A stretch of 64,000 nt of DNA. Source: Candidatus Poribacteria bacterium. Its GTDB lineage: Bacteria; Poribacteria; WGA-4E; PCPOR2b. The stretch lies in NCBI GenBank assembly GCA_965116925.1, contig OZ220744.1:2624001-2688000 (forward strand), written 5' to 3'. Made by a program: the position numbers and the translations under genes. Below the pieces are notes generated by a model. It did no database searches. It saw nothing but the letters and a program-made list of their open reading frames with translations, and had not been told where the DNA came from. How positions within the stretch are numbered: position 1 is the stretch's first letter; every line of letters starts with the position of its first letter. Of this stretch, positions 19,071-29,329 are shown one piece after another.

Positions 19071-21542
19071 GTGCCTCGACCGGCTCTCCGCACACTCGTT
19101 CCCTATCTACTCGGCGTTCTTATCGCAGGGTTCCTGCCTATCCCGCTCTTTTGGATCTGGTTGATTGGGCTGATCTGCCTTATCGGTGGTGTTGGATTCG
19201 CCTATCTGTGGAAGACGGCTGGGCGTACAGCGAGGATAGGGTGGGTGTTCTTGCTGGGGGCGATCTGTGCGTGTGGTATGCTCCGTTTGAAGGTGGTGCT
19301 GACTTCACCCATTCCCCCGGACTTTTATGATCAGCGGGTGTATTTCTCAGGGGAGATGGCGTATCAGCCAGAGCGTGGGGAGCGATGGGAGGCGGGTTAT
19401 GCAAACGGGACAATTCGACCGGTAGAAAACCCAGATCTGGCGGTGGACGCGAAGCTCCTGATCCGATTCCGTGAGCCGATCCCTTTGCGGTACGGCGACC
19501 GGATCGAGGTCCAAGGGGTGTTACGTCAGCCAAACGAGCAACGGAATCCGGGTGGCTTCAATTACCGTTTCTATCTCGCTCGTCGGGGGGTCTTTGGGAT
19601 TCTGTATCCGCAGTGGGATCAGGAGATTGTTCCGACAGATCGATCCGGCTTTCCTCTATTGCGTTGGACGGAGAAGTTGCGTCGGCGGGTTGAGGCTGTT
19701 ATTGATACGGTGTATCGCGAGAATCGGATTCACGCTCAGGTTCTCAAGGGGATGTTCCTTGGGCTGCGAAGCGAGCTTTCGCCCGATATCCTCGACGGAT
19801 TCCGTAATAGTGGAAGCATACATATCCTTGCTGTGTCGGGATTGCACGTTGGGCTGATTGCGACTGTCTGCTTTTTCGGTCTTTCGCTTTTGCGCCTGCC
19901 TCGAAAAGCCACCGACCTATTGACAATTGCCGCTGTGGTTCTCTACGCCTGCCTTGTCGGTTTTCGCCCATCTGTTTTCCGTGCGTCGCTGATGGCGGTT
20001 ATCTACCTGATCGCAAGGCTTATAGATCGAGATAAAGACCTGTTCAACCTGCTTGCGTTGGCTGCGTTGGTACTGCTATTGATTAACCCTGTACAACTGT
20101 GGGACATCGGTTTCCAACTCTCCTTTGCTGCTGTGGCGTCGATTGTTTATCTCGCGCCCAAGTGGGAGAGTTTTATCGCTCGCATCTTCGGATTGGACCG
20201 AACCGACTCAACAGTAAATCCCGATAGCGTGAAGCACCCTCGCTCTGTCTGGGGTAGGACAGCTTGGTGGTTGGCGATGGGGTTTGGGGTGACGCTATCC
20301 GCGCAAGTAGGTACGACGCTAATCAGCGCATGGCACTTCCATCGGGTTTACCCTATCGGACTCGTCGCGGGACTTTTTACCGTCGGACTCTCCGCACTTT
20401 TGGTCAATATTACATTGGTCTCGGTCTTACTCGGGTTAATCTGGCTACCCCTTGCCATACCGTTCGCGTATGCCAACCATCTGATTCTCTGGATTTTTCT
20501 GGGGTTGGTTGAGTTTTTTGGTCAATCGTGGACGGTCTTGAAGACGCCAACGCCAAGTTTCGGTTTTATCGTCCTTTATATCGCAGGCTGTTTCGCGGTT
20601 GTGCATTGGGTGTGGGTGTGGATGCGCCGCAAAAAGGCTATGGTGATTGGGTTAATGGTGCTGGCGATCTGGGTTTGGGACACCGCTTGGCGCGAGCGGG
20701 GCAGGCTGTTGGAGGTTACGTTCCTTGATGTCGGGCAGGGGGATGCGGCATTCGTCCGATTCCCTGACGGAAAGACGATGTTAGTCGATGGGGGGCTCAA
20801 TTCATCAAGGATTGAGGTAAATGAGGACGGAGTTGCGAGGCGGGTAGGTTATGACCATGGTGAGCGGACGCTTAATCCGTTCTTGTGCCACGAAGGTGTT
20901 TTTAGGCTCGACCTTCTCCTGTTGAGCCATCCGGATAATGACCACGGCGGTGGGTTTGCACACATTTTGGGTGAGTTTGGTGTCGAGCGGGTGCTAGGGA
21001 TACCGCATCAGGATTTGTCGAAGTCGACCCATCAGATTCTGCATGAGATTGTCGATGCGAAGGGTATTCCTCATGCACTCGGTTACGCCGGGTCAATTGA
21101 CCTGACCTCTACGGCGCGGTTGGAGTTGCTGCACCCGTTTGATGCAGCGTCAACAGATCTGCACGATGAAGATATCAACAACGATTCGCTTGTTCTGAAG
21201 TTGACGTATGGTAATGTGCGAATCTTGTTCACAGGGGATATCGGGCGGAAGGTTGAATTGCAACTGGTCGAATCGGGAAAGGATCTACAGTCAGAGATTG
21301 TTAAGGTGCCACATCACGGGAGCAAAACATCTAGCAGCGCGGAGTTCCTCGATGCCGTGCGCCCACAGTACGCAATCTTCTCGTTGGGGCAGCGGAATCG
21401 ATACCGCTTTCCATCTGCGGTAGTCCTCGAACGTTACCGTGAGCGGGGGTGTCATATATTGCGGACGGATCAACTTGGGGCGATTCGATTGCGGACTGAT
21501 GGACAGCGGTGTTGGGTTACACATCATGTGGAAGATTGGTGA
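19071..21542 (+). CDS. comEC: DNA internalization competence protein ComEC/Rec2
   Basis: RNPGGFNY, HILAVSGLHVG, GFQLSF, FLDVGQGDA, SHPDNDHGGG, KVPHHGS. Confidence 0.95.
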   Translation: MPRPALRTLVPYLLGVLIAGFLPIPLFWIWLIGLICLIGGVGFAYLWKTAGRTARIGWVFLLGAICACGMLRLKVVLTSPIPPDFYDQRVYFSGEMAYQPERGERWEAGYANGTIRPVENPDLAVDAKLLIRFREPIPLRYGDRIEVQGVLRQPNEQRNPGGFNYRFYLARRGVFGILYPQWDQEIVPTDRSGFPLLRWTEKLRRRVEAVIDTVYRENRIHAQVLKGMFLGLRSELSPDILDGFRNSGSIHILAVSGLHVGLIATVCFFGLSLLRLPRKATDLLTIAAVVLYACLVGFRPSVFRASLMAVIYLIARLIDRDKDLFNLLALAALVLLLINPVQLWDIGFQLSFAAVASIVYLAPKWESFIARIFGLDRTDSTVNPDSVKHPRSVWGRTAWWLAMGFGVTLSAQVGTTLISAWHFHRVYPIGLVAGLFTVGLSALLVNITLVSVLLGLIWLPLAIPFAYANHLILWIFLGLVEFFGQSWTVLKTPTPSFGFIVLYIAGCFAVVHWVWVWMRRKKAMVIGLMVLAIWVWDTAWRERGRLLEVTFLDVGQGDAAFVRFPDGKTMLVDGGLNSSRIEVNEDGVARRVGYDHGERTLNPFLCHEGVFRLDLLLLSHPDNDHGGGFAHILGEFGVERVLGIPHQDLSKSTHQILHEIVDAKGIPHALGYAGSIDLTSTARLELLHPFDAASTDLHDEDINNDSLVLKLTYGNVRILFTGDIGRKVELQLVESGKDLQSEIVKVPHHGSKTSSSAEFLDAVRPQYAIFSLGQRNRYRFPSAVVLERYRERGCHILRTDQLGAIRLRTDGQRCWVTHHVEDW

Positions 21543-21735
21543 GGATAGCAGTCCCAGAATCTCCTTGCAATACGGTGCGGTTTGTGATACTATCGCAGCT
21601 TGGTATTTGAAACCGAGTTTTTTCTTCAAAACTCGGTTTCTTTGCACTGTTTCTTAACATGTGTGCCCAACTTTATCGTCTCAAGGTAGTAGCGGTTATC
21701 GGTAACGATACGACGACGATTGTGGAGGTATCGGT

Positions 21736-23130
21736 ATGAGCCTGAAAATACGCTTAAAAAATCTTGGCATCCTAAAACATGCGGAATTTTCGCTCGGAGA
21801 TTTGACCCTTATCTGCGGCGAAAATAACACAGGCAAAACCTATGCAGCTTATGCACTACATGGCTTCTTGCAATTGTGGCGTGGGCTAATTGATTTTGGG
21901 GTAAGTGGTGCCCAAGTCCGAAGGTTACTAACAGATGGGCGCATCAAAATCGGATTGGCAGGATACGTCGAAAAGGCGGACCGGCTGCTCGCAGCGGCGT
22001 GTAAACTATATACCGAGCAACTCGACGATGTTTTTGCAGTAACTGAAGGTCGGTTTCGTAACAGCGAATTTCACCTCCAGACAGAAGCAAGTAATGTACG
22101 CGATAAAGAATTCACACACGAAATAGGAATCATCTTCGCGAAGTTTATGGCATATTCAAAGAAAAGGGGTAGTGAGGATGTCACAGTGAATTTGGTGATG
22201 GACAAAGAGATTGCACAACAAATCGATCCTGATTTTGTAAAGGGGACTATTAACTTTATTATCGGTCGCTCCATTTTTTACGACTCTTTTCCCCTCCCTT
22301 TTATTTCTGCAGCCGAACGCACTGGTGCTGCTGTTTTTCGCAGAGAACTCAATTTTGATGGGAACCGCCGGCTTGAGAGAATAGGGCTAGCCAACGAACA
22401 GACTGACCCTCAAGATCTACTGTTCGATTCTTACCAATTTTACCCGCTGCCAATAGAGGAGAATGTGGATTTTATACACCAGCTTGAAGATATTCAGCCA
22501 GGGAAAAGTTTCATAGCCAGAGAACACCCTGAGGTATTGAAAGACTTCGATGACATTATCGGTGGCAAGTGCACCATAACACAAGATGGCGAGCTCTGCT
22601 ATGTCCCCAAAGGGACGCGATTCAAATTGGCGATGGTTGAAAGTTCAAGTGCGGTGCGTTCACTTGTGGATCTCGGTTTTTATCTGCGCCATGTTGTCGA
22701 AAAAGGGAACCTGCTCATGGTAGATGCGCCAGAATTAAGCCTGCATCCGGCAAACCAGCGTCGTATTGCCAGGCTTTTTGCACGTCTGGTGAATTTGGGC
22801 GTTAAGGTCTTTATCACCACCCACAGCGATTACATCGTCAAAGAGTTAAACACCCTTATCATGCTCAATCACGATAAGCCACACCTGAAAAGAATCGCCG
22901 AAGAGAACGGCTATCAGCAATCTGAGTTAATCTGTTCAGATCAGGTCAAGGTCTATATGACTCAAGAGGAATTACTGCCGTTAGAGGAGGGACAAAAGAG
23001 ACGCAGAAGAGGACTCACACTTGTGGCGGCGGACGTTGATCCGGTGCTTGGCATTGAAGCGCCCAGCTTTGATGATACCATCAATGAGATGAACAGAATT
23101 CAAGCGGACATTGTGTGGGGTGCGGAGTGA
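21736..23130 (+). CDS. AAA_15/AAA_21-type ATPase (defence-associated ABC-ATPase family)
   Basis: CGENNTGKTY Walker A, AERTG, SSAVRSL, MVDAPELSLHP (E to A in Walker B), ITTHSD. Confidence 0.8.
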   Translation: MSLKIRLKNLGILKHAEFSLGDLTLICGENNTGKTYAAYALHGFLQLWRGLIDFGVSGAQVRRLLTDGRIKIGLAGYVEKADRLLAAACKLYTEQLDDVFAVTEGRFRNSEFHLQTEASNVRDKEFTHEIGIIFAKFMAYSKKRGSEDVTVNLVMDKEIAQQIDPDFVKGTINFIIGRSIFYDSFPLPFISAAERTGAAVFRRELNFDGNRRLERIGLANEQTDPQDLLFDSYQFYPLPIEENVDFIHQLEDIQPGKSFIAREHPEVLKDFDDIIGGKCTITQDGELCYVPKGTRFKLAMVESSSAVRSLVDLGFYLRHVVEKGNLLMVDAPELSLHPANQRRIARLFARLVNLGVKVFITTHSDYIVKELNTLIMLNHDKPHLKRIAEENGYQQSELICSDQVKVYMTQEELLPLEEGQKRRRRGLTLVAADVDPVLGIEAPSFDDTINEMNRIQADIVWGAE

Positions 23131-23193
23131 GATATTGAGAGAAATGCTCGTCCGCTATACCCATTTTAGCAAATTTATTTAGAGGATATCCTA

Positions 23194-23271
23194 ATGGCAC
23201 TACACCCCAATTTTCCCGAATCACCGCACGAAATTATCGAGCCGTCAGTACGCTGGTTTCCAACGTCGTAG
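23194..23271 (+). pseudogene. 5' remnant of a probable type III restriction (Res/DEAD helicase) gene
   Basis: AGAGGA RBS, then MALHPNFPESPHEIIEPSVRWFPTS*; matches my recollection of the N-terminus of a Res-subunit family; ends inside a REP. Confidence 0.5.
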
Positions 23272-23370
23272 ATTGGGTTGAACGGTTGAAAGTACGCGGC
23301 TATTAACCATAGTAGCGTCTCTGCCTTTCAACACAACGTTTCTACAGATAGTGAAAGTGAAACCCAACAT
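23267..23370 (+). repeat. ~105-nt structured long REP variant
   Basis: Close homologue in reverse at 48444-48547, more diverged copy at 31023-31126. Confidence 0.75.
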
Positions 23371-23892
23371 TCACCTGTTACAACGCCGCAAAATGAGCTA
23401 AGCAACGCTAGGCTAACGCAAGCTAATGCCCCGTGGAAACCGGAAAAGGAGCACCGACAACTGAAATCTCAGGCAGCGAGCGCATTCAACGCCACGTATG
23501 CCAGTCTAGAACCAACAATTTTCTCCTTTAGGGAAAAAAACAGATTTCATCTGTTCCGAAAGCATCAGAACTTACGCACTTCAGCGTTTAGACCTGACAG
23601 GGCCCTGCCAAATCCCTGACATTTGGCTTGGTTATGGCGATATTTCAGCGAAAAACGGTTCATAAATAGTGCGTATTTGGCAGGTCAAAAAGCCGTCTAG
23701 GCGCCCCTTCTCTGGCGTGGTAAAAATCTACAAACGCTCTGAAGCTAGGCCCCATCAGGGTTCAGAGAGACATTGGCTAATGATGAACCCCCGATGTGAG
23801 GTTGAAATTTTTTTGGGACCTGCCAGGGCCCTGCCAAATCTGTGAATCGTACGGGTGTGGGGTGTAAATAGCCATACCGATTTTCTTCATTA

Positions 23893-24429
23893 GTGTTATG
23901 CTCATTTAGGGGTAATCCTGTTAATCCTTTAATCCAGAGAATCCTGATTCAGACAGGCAGCACCACAACACGGGCGGAAGTCCCATCAACCTTTGAAGTA
24001 TTCGTTGATTACATTGAGCGAGGCAAACATATCACCGTAGGGGCGATTGAGATTTTAAGCCGTGCTAACCGAGACAGTTTTGTTGCCAAGTGCGAAAACC
24101 TGATAGCCAGAAATGTTTCATTGATTATTGTTGATGTCCTTGAACTGCCTTTTTTTAACCTGCACAATCAATTGCTTCGGGCGGTTAAAGCGACAGCAGG
24201 GTATATAGAGGAGAATCCAGAAAATCCACTTTATTGTGCTGCCTACCGAAAGCAGCCTCATGGCGAATCCAACTTGGGGATAGTGGACATCTGGCATAGC
24301 CCCTTAAAAATCGGAGATACGTTGCCGGAGCTGCCGTTGTATATTACCTCCGAAGTTGCAGTGCCTGTAAATTTTGAGGAATCCTATATGAAGGTTTGCA
24401 AAGTTTTCAGAATATTATCCACCCAATAA
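23893..24429 (+). pseudogene. DUF4058-like protein, probably 5'-truncated
   Basis: AIEILSRANR..F.AKC..L....VSLIIVDV..FNLHNQL..LPELPL resembles DUF4058; 5' part of the ORF lies over tandem AATCCTG repeats with no RBS. Confidence 0.55.
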
Positions 24430-24448
24430 AAACAAAGCGGAGAAAATC

Positions 24449-25705
24449 ATGGCTCAATCGAGTTCAAAACTTATTTTGGCAGGTCTATTGGCAGACGGTC
24501 TTGGTGGGGAATCCATAGCGGATCAGGCGATTCTGGTGACAGGCGATCGTATCGCTGCGGTCGGACCGCGGCGGGAGATTCGACGGCAGGCACCGCGCGA
24601 TGCCGAACAGATCGACTTGAGTCGTACCTGTGTGACTCCCGGTCTGATTGATGGGCATACCCATCTGAGTCTGGCGGGGGATGGACGCAGTTATGTTGAG
24701 ATGTTCTCTGAAACCGATGAGATGATGGTGCTCACCGGGGCGATGAATCTACAGCGTCATCTCGCTGCCGGCATCACGACCATCCGAGAGCACGGTGCGC
24801 GAAATCGAGTGGGATTTACGATCAAGGAGGGACTGCAACGCGGGTATATTCCGGGACCACGTATGCTTGTGAGTGGACGCCCCATTACCTGTACCGGCGG
24901 ACATTTTCACATGTGCAATGAGGTCGCTGACGGCGAAGCAGAGGTGCGTCGTTCCGTCCGCCGCTTGGTGCATGAAGGCGCGGACTACATCAAGATTATG
25001 GCTTCCGGCGGCGGCACGGCAGGCACGATTCCCGGACGTGCAAGTTATACGGTTGAAGAGCTTCACGCCATTGTCCACGAGGCGCACCACTTTCATCGTT
25101 TGACGGCAGCACACTGTCGCGCGAAGGAATCAATGGTGCGAGCGGTTGAAGCGGGAATTGACCTGATGGAACATGCGGAATTTCTGGACCCAGATGACCA
25201 ACTGCGTTTCGATCCGAAGGTCGCTGAGATGATGGCGGAATCGGGTATCTGGATCAGTCCAACGCTTCAGGCGTGGACGGGGTATCCTGCGATTGTTAGG
25301 CTCACAGCGGAACGGGATGCGGGTACGATTACTCCTGAAGGTGAAGCGGAATTGGATCGACTTGAAGAGCGGGCGGAGGTGCGGTTAGATGTGATGCGGC
25401 GCATGTTGGACTACGGAATGCGGGATCGAATCGTGCCGGGGACGGACTCCGGGGTGGGGGATCTCGCTTTTGGACATCTGGATTACGATTTGCAGTTGTT
25501 GGTGCGTGTTGGGTTTACGCCTGCGGAGGCACTTGTTTCTGCCACCAGTATCTCTGCAGAGGCGATCGGCATGGGGGATGAAATCGGCGTTATTGCGCCG
25601 GGTAGGGTTGCGGATCTTGCTGCTTTCGATGGTGATCCAACGATTGATGTTTCAGCTTTCAGTCGTGTTGTGGCGGTGTTCCAGGGCGGTCAAAGGGTTC
25701 GTTAG
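24449..25705 (+). CDS. Amidohydrolase family protein (Xaa-Pro dipeptidase-like)
   Basis: PGLIDGHTHL, GADYIKIMASGG, AAHC, MEHA, PGTDSG, IAPGRVAD. Confidence 0.9.
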   Translation: MAQSSSKLILAGLLADGLGGESIADQAILVTGDRIAAVGPRREIRRQAPRDAEQIDLSRTCVTPGLIDGHTHLSLAGDGRSYVEMFSETDEMMVLTGAMNLQRHLAAGITTIREHGARNRVGFTIKEGLQRGYIPGPRMLVSGRPITCTGGHFHMCNEVADGEAEVRRSVRRLVHEGADYIKIMASGGGTAGTIPGRASYTVEELHAIVHEAHHFHRLTAAHCRAKESMVRAVEAGIDLMEHAEFLDPDDQLRFDPKVAEMMAESGIWISPTLQAWTGYPAIVRLTAERDAGTITPEGEAELDRLEERAEVRLDVMRRMLDYGMRDRIVPGTDSGVGDLAFGHLDYDLQLLVRVGFTPAEALVSATSISAEAIGMGDEIGVIAPGRVADLAAFDGDPTIDVSAFSRVVAVFQGGQRVR

Positions 25706-25742
25706 AACCTTGGTTCACTAGTTCATTAGTTGATTGATTCAT

Positions 25743-26018
25743 TATAGTGAGTTCAAAAAATAAATAGACACTTTCGCCCCCTTGCTTGGTAGGCGCTGTT
25801 TCCAACTGCGCCGATTTGGCGTGTCTCATTAATTCTAAAATCTACTAGGACTTGCACAGTTGAACACTCAGATACCTGTAGTTCGGCGATTTATCGCCGC
25901 AAGACACTATCTCCAACGCCCGATGAATCGGGCAACTACAGCAGAGGCTCCATAAGGAGTCCGTAGGGAACGCAGATCTGCGTTCCCTACTGAAGTGCGT
26001 AACTCCTAATCTACTATA
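25743..26018. mobile_element. MITE family A copy with nested family B element
   Basis: Family A ends at 25743 and 26018; TAGGACTT..AACTCCTA element at 25846-26008 flanked by duplicated ATCTAC. Confidence 0.75.
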
Positions 26019-26166
26019 AATTGGCGAACACTATATATCGCACTCTTCATGCAGAGATTACGGCATACGGAGTATGCCTACTACCATAGAAATGGCGAAT
26101 ATCTTGCAATCTAATTCCATTGTTAAATCAGGCTTTGATTCTGGACGCATAAAACGATAGGAGAAA

Positions 26167-27333
26167 TTGGAGATGGCGAGTCAACCGATAGTCACGACTG
26201 AACAGTGGTTTACCGAGGGCTGGAAACTGTACAAACGGCATCCGGTCACCTTTTTCTTTGCGAGTTTGCTTGGCGCGTTAATTTGTATACCGCCGGCTTT
26301 TCTGTTTTTCGCTGCTCCGCTGTATGCCGGTTTGTATTATATGGCGTTGAAAGCGATGCGTGGAGAAAAAGCGCGGATTCGTGATATTTTTAAGGGATTT
26401 CGCCGATATTGGGGTGCGCTATTCCTATGGTGGTTATCCCTGATCGCATTTATTGTGCTGGCTACAACGGCGATTGGCATCTTGGTAACGCCACTGCTCT
26501 GGGCGATTTCAATGTTGGCATTTCCGTTGTTAATAGATGAACGGAAAGGTGTTGGTGCTGCCTTTGGTGCCGCGTTCAAAGCAGTGTTTACATGGAAGAA
26601 CTGCGCGCGATTCTGGCTATATGGATTGGTTGTGCCCCTTGTCTCATTTCTTGGCGTTTTGGGGTTCTTTTTCGGTCTGTTTATTACCGTTCCGCTTGCC
26701 GTTTGTGTTCAGGTGATTGCCTATCGCGATATATTCAAGCCGGAGGAAGCCTTCCAACAGGAAGTGCTTGAACCGTGGCAAGACTACCCCTTCAAACTCA
26801 AGGCGAGATATATTGGACCTGTCTCGCGAATTCGTGACATTCGCGACCAAATTTTTGAACAGATTCATTCCGCCGACGATAGTGTTAAATCGCTGCTGGA
26901 AGGTTCGATCGAGCATATCGACAATGTTTTTGAGAAAGCTGCCCATCTCAGTCACCGCCTACAACAGATTGACGACTACTTAGAAACAACGAATATGCAA
27001 ATACTGCATAATGAAAAAACAGAAATCACGAGAAAGTTAGCGGAATCGCCAAACGCTGCGGTGTATGCTCAGTATGAGGAGGCATTACAGACACTTGAAG
27101 AACAGATTGAAAATCATGGGCGGCTTGAGGAATTAAGGGAGCAGATCAATGCCCGGTTAATGACGATTCGTGTGTCGCTTGACAACGCCCATGCTAAAAT
27201 CATTCGGATCCGGACAACAGACATAAGTAATGCTCACCTTGAGAGTGATGACGTTTCTAGAGCCTTGAAGGACTTACAAATTGAGATGGATGCGTTATTG
27301 AAGAGCCTAGATGAGATGTCGGAGGCAGCTTGA
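26167..27333 (+). CDS. Membrane protein: N-terminal multi-TM domain plus C-terminal coiled coil
   Basis: 388 aa; hydrophobic first ~190 aa, heptad-rich helical C-terminal half. Confidence 0.75.
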   Translation: MEMASQPIVTTEQWFTEGWKLYKRHPVTFFFASLLGALICIPPAFLFFAAPLYAGLYYMALKAMRGEKARIRDIFKGFRRYWGALFLWWLSLIAFIVLATTAIGILVTPLLWAISMLAFPLLIDERKGVGAAFGAAFKAVFTWKNCARFWLYGLVVPLVSFLGVLGFFFGLFITVPLAVCVQVIAYRDIFKPEEAFQQEVLEPWQDYPFKLKARYIGPVSRIRDIRDQIFEQIHSADDSVKSLLEGSIEHIDNVFEKAAHLSHRLQQIDDYLETTNMQILHNEKTEITRKLAESPNAAVYAQYEEALQTLEEQIENHGRLEELREQINARLMTIRVSLDNAHAKIIRIRTTDISNAHLESDDVSRALKDLQIEMDALLKSLDEMSEAA

Positions 27334-27347
27334 CGGGATACTTCAAT

Positions 27348-27660
27348 TATAGTGAATTCAAAAAATATAGTAGACTCAACAATTAACAATACATACTATG
27401 GTGAATTCTACGGTGAATTCTAAAAACAAATAGACATTAATAGTAGTAGGCACACTCCGTGTGCCGTAACTCCGCGAACCCCAATCTATCAGGGCCCGTT
27501 CATAGTGTCTCGTTAATTCTAAGATCCACTATAAATAGACACTTTCGCCCCCCGGTAGGTGCGGTTTTTAACCGCACCGCATCGGCACAGTTGGAAACAG
27601 TGCCTACCAAACGGGAGCGGCAGATGGAGCGCTTGATGGGCGGGGATACCCCGCGCCTAC
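27348..27660. mobile_element. Nested MITE family A cluster with REP hairpins
   Basis: Outer left end split at a TA by an inner family A copy ending GATCCACTATA (27533); outer sequence resumes AATAGACACTTTCG. Confidence 0.7.
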
Positions 27661-27693
27661 GAGAAAACTGATGGATTTTTCATAGATGGCAAC

Positions 27694-29127
27694 TTGGGCG
27701 ATATTAGGAGAGAAAGTGTGGAAAGGGAGAAGAACTATCGGATTGGAAAGGTTTGTCTGTTCATTTTCTGTGTGGCGTTCTTTTATGGGATAGCCATCAC
27801 GGCTAAATCCGCGCCGTCCCCAAGATTTAGTGGTACATTGCAGGGGGCAATTTTTCAACCAGTAACAACGCTTGATGCGGTCAACTATCTCAATTTTGCG
27901 GAGTTACAAGTCGCATCAAACCTGTACGAAGGATTGGTGAAACGGGATCGCTTCGGGCGGATTAGCCCTGCAATCGCGCAGAGTTGGAATCATTCTGAGG
28001 ACTACCGCATCTGGACATTTGCAATCGCGCAAGGGATAACGTTTCATAACGGTAAACCGGTGACAGCGACTGATGTGAAATTAGCGTGGGAGCGGTTTGT
28101 GCGAGAGGGGGTGTGGCTGGTTTCTCCGCAACCTCTATCTCAGATTCGCGGAGCCAAAGTCTATCGAAGCGGAGCGGTGACACAGATTGTGGGGATTCTC
28201 GTCCTTGATGATTTCCGCGTCCAAATTATACTGCGAGCCGGTGATCCGGACTTTCTGGAGAAACTGACCTCGCCGGCAGCGTGGGTGACGACGCGAGGCG
28301 ATTCGCAGCCGATTGGTACGGGACAGTTTCGCTTGGAGTCCTTCACTAGGACAGAGGTGCAATTGAGGGCGAATTCGGATTACCTTTGGGGCAGACCTTA
28401 TTTGGAGAAACTGACTTTCCGCTATTATGCAAATTTAGATGAGGCTCTGTTTGAGTTTGAATCGGGGGTCTTAGATGCTTTGCCACTTCCTATTACGGAG
28501 GTGGAAAGACGGCAACGTAAAGGGCTTGATGACATTTTAATCCGAACAGATGTGGCAGCACTCGTATATCTTCGCCTCCCTGAAAAGATCGAGATTTCCG
28601 AGTTATCGCAGAGCTCGCCTGTTCCGACCTGGCACAATGTGCTCCGATATGCAATTGACCCGGACGCGCTTTTGCGTTTACAATACGGTGAAACTCCTTC
28701 CAAAATGGTATGCGTTCCTTTTGCGTTTCCCCACGATCGGGTAAAGGCGCGCAGACGAATGAAGTATACGGACTGGCGTGGTCCGCTCAATCTGGTCTAT
28801 ACGCAGCTGCCGGACAACACGGGCAATGCGATTGCGACGTGGTTGGAACGCGACTCTCTTTCTCCGATTGGGTTGCAGGTAGAGATTAAAGCGGCCGATG
28901 CGGATAATTTGCGGGGAGAATTCAGTGAAGATACACCAACCCTTGCCCTGCTATCCATGCCGATTGCACCGGATAGCGATATTGCATCTTTGGACATCGG
29001 TCAATCTAGTTCTCTTATTCCGCTTTATCTTTTGCCTTCTAGTTTTCTGTGTCAGCCCAAAGTCCGTGGGCTGGAGATTGGGTCGGGGGGCGTTTTGGCA
29101 TTTGGGCGGACATGGTTGGCGGAGTGA
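27694..29127 (+). CDS. ABC transporter substrate-binding protein, family 5 (OppA/SgrR-like)
   Basis: Signal peptide; LYEGLV..PAIAQSW..WTF..FHNGKPVTATDVK, PIGTGQF. Confidence 0.85.
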   Translation: MGDIRRESVEREKNYRIGKVCLFIFCVAFFYGIAITAKSAPSPRFSGTLQGAIFQPVTTLDAVNYLNFAELQVASNLYEGLVKRDRFGRISPAIAQSWNHSEDYRIWTFAIAQGITFHNGKPVTATDVKLAWERFVREGVWLVSPQPLSQIRGAKVYRSGAVTQIVGILVLDDFRVQIILRAGDPDFLEKLTSPAAWVTTRGDSQPIGTGQFRLESFTRTEVQLRANSDYLWGRPYLEKLTFRYYANLDEALFEFESGVLDALPLPITEVERRQRKGLDDILIRTDVAALVYLRLPEKIEISELSQSSPVPTWHNVLRYAIDPDALLRLQYGETPSKMVCVPFAFPHDRVKARRRMKYTDWRGPLNLVYTQLPDNTGNAIATWLERDSLSPIGLQVEIKAADADNLRGEFSEDTPTLALLSMPIAPDSDIASLDIGQSSSLIPLYLLPSSFLCQPKVRGLEIGSGGVLAFGRTWLAE

Positions 29128-29329
29128 GGCATGAAACGTGCTCCCAAGCAATAAGTTGACCGTCAATAGAAACCGAGTTTTTTCTTGAAAACTCGGTTTC
29201 TCTTATCGTATTGCCTTTTCTTTTTCTATGAGCCCCATAGATCAGACACCAATTAACCAATGAACTAATGAACAAATGGTTTTTACGTTTCACGCATCAC
29301 GTTTCACGCTCTTACGGAGGATATACTTT

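Noticed and set aside
27459..27671. Small ORFs in repeat regions (also 30070-30294, 30770-30997, 31065-31412, 36670-36963, 62390-62617)
   Set aside because: They are translations of MITE/REP sequence; their mutual similarity reflects the repeat.
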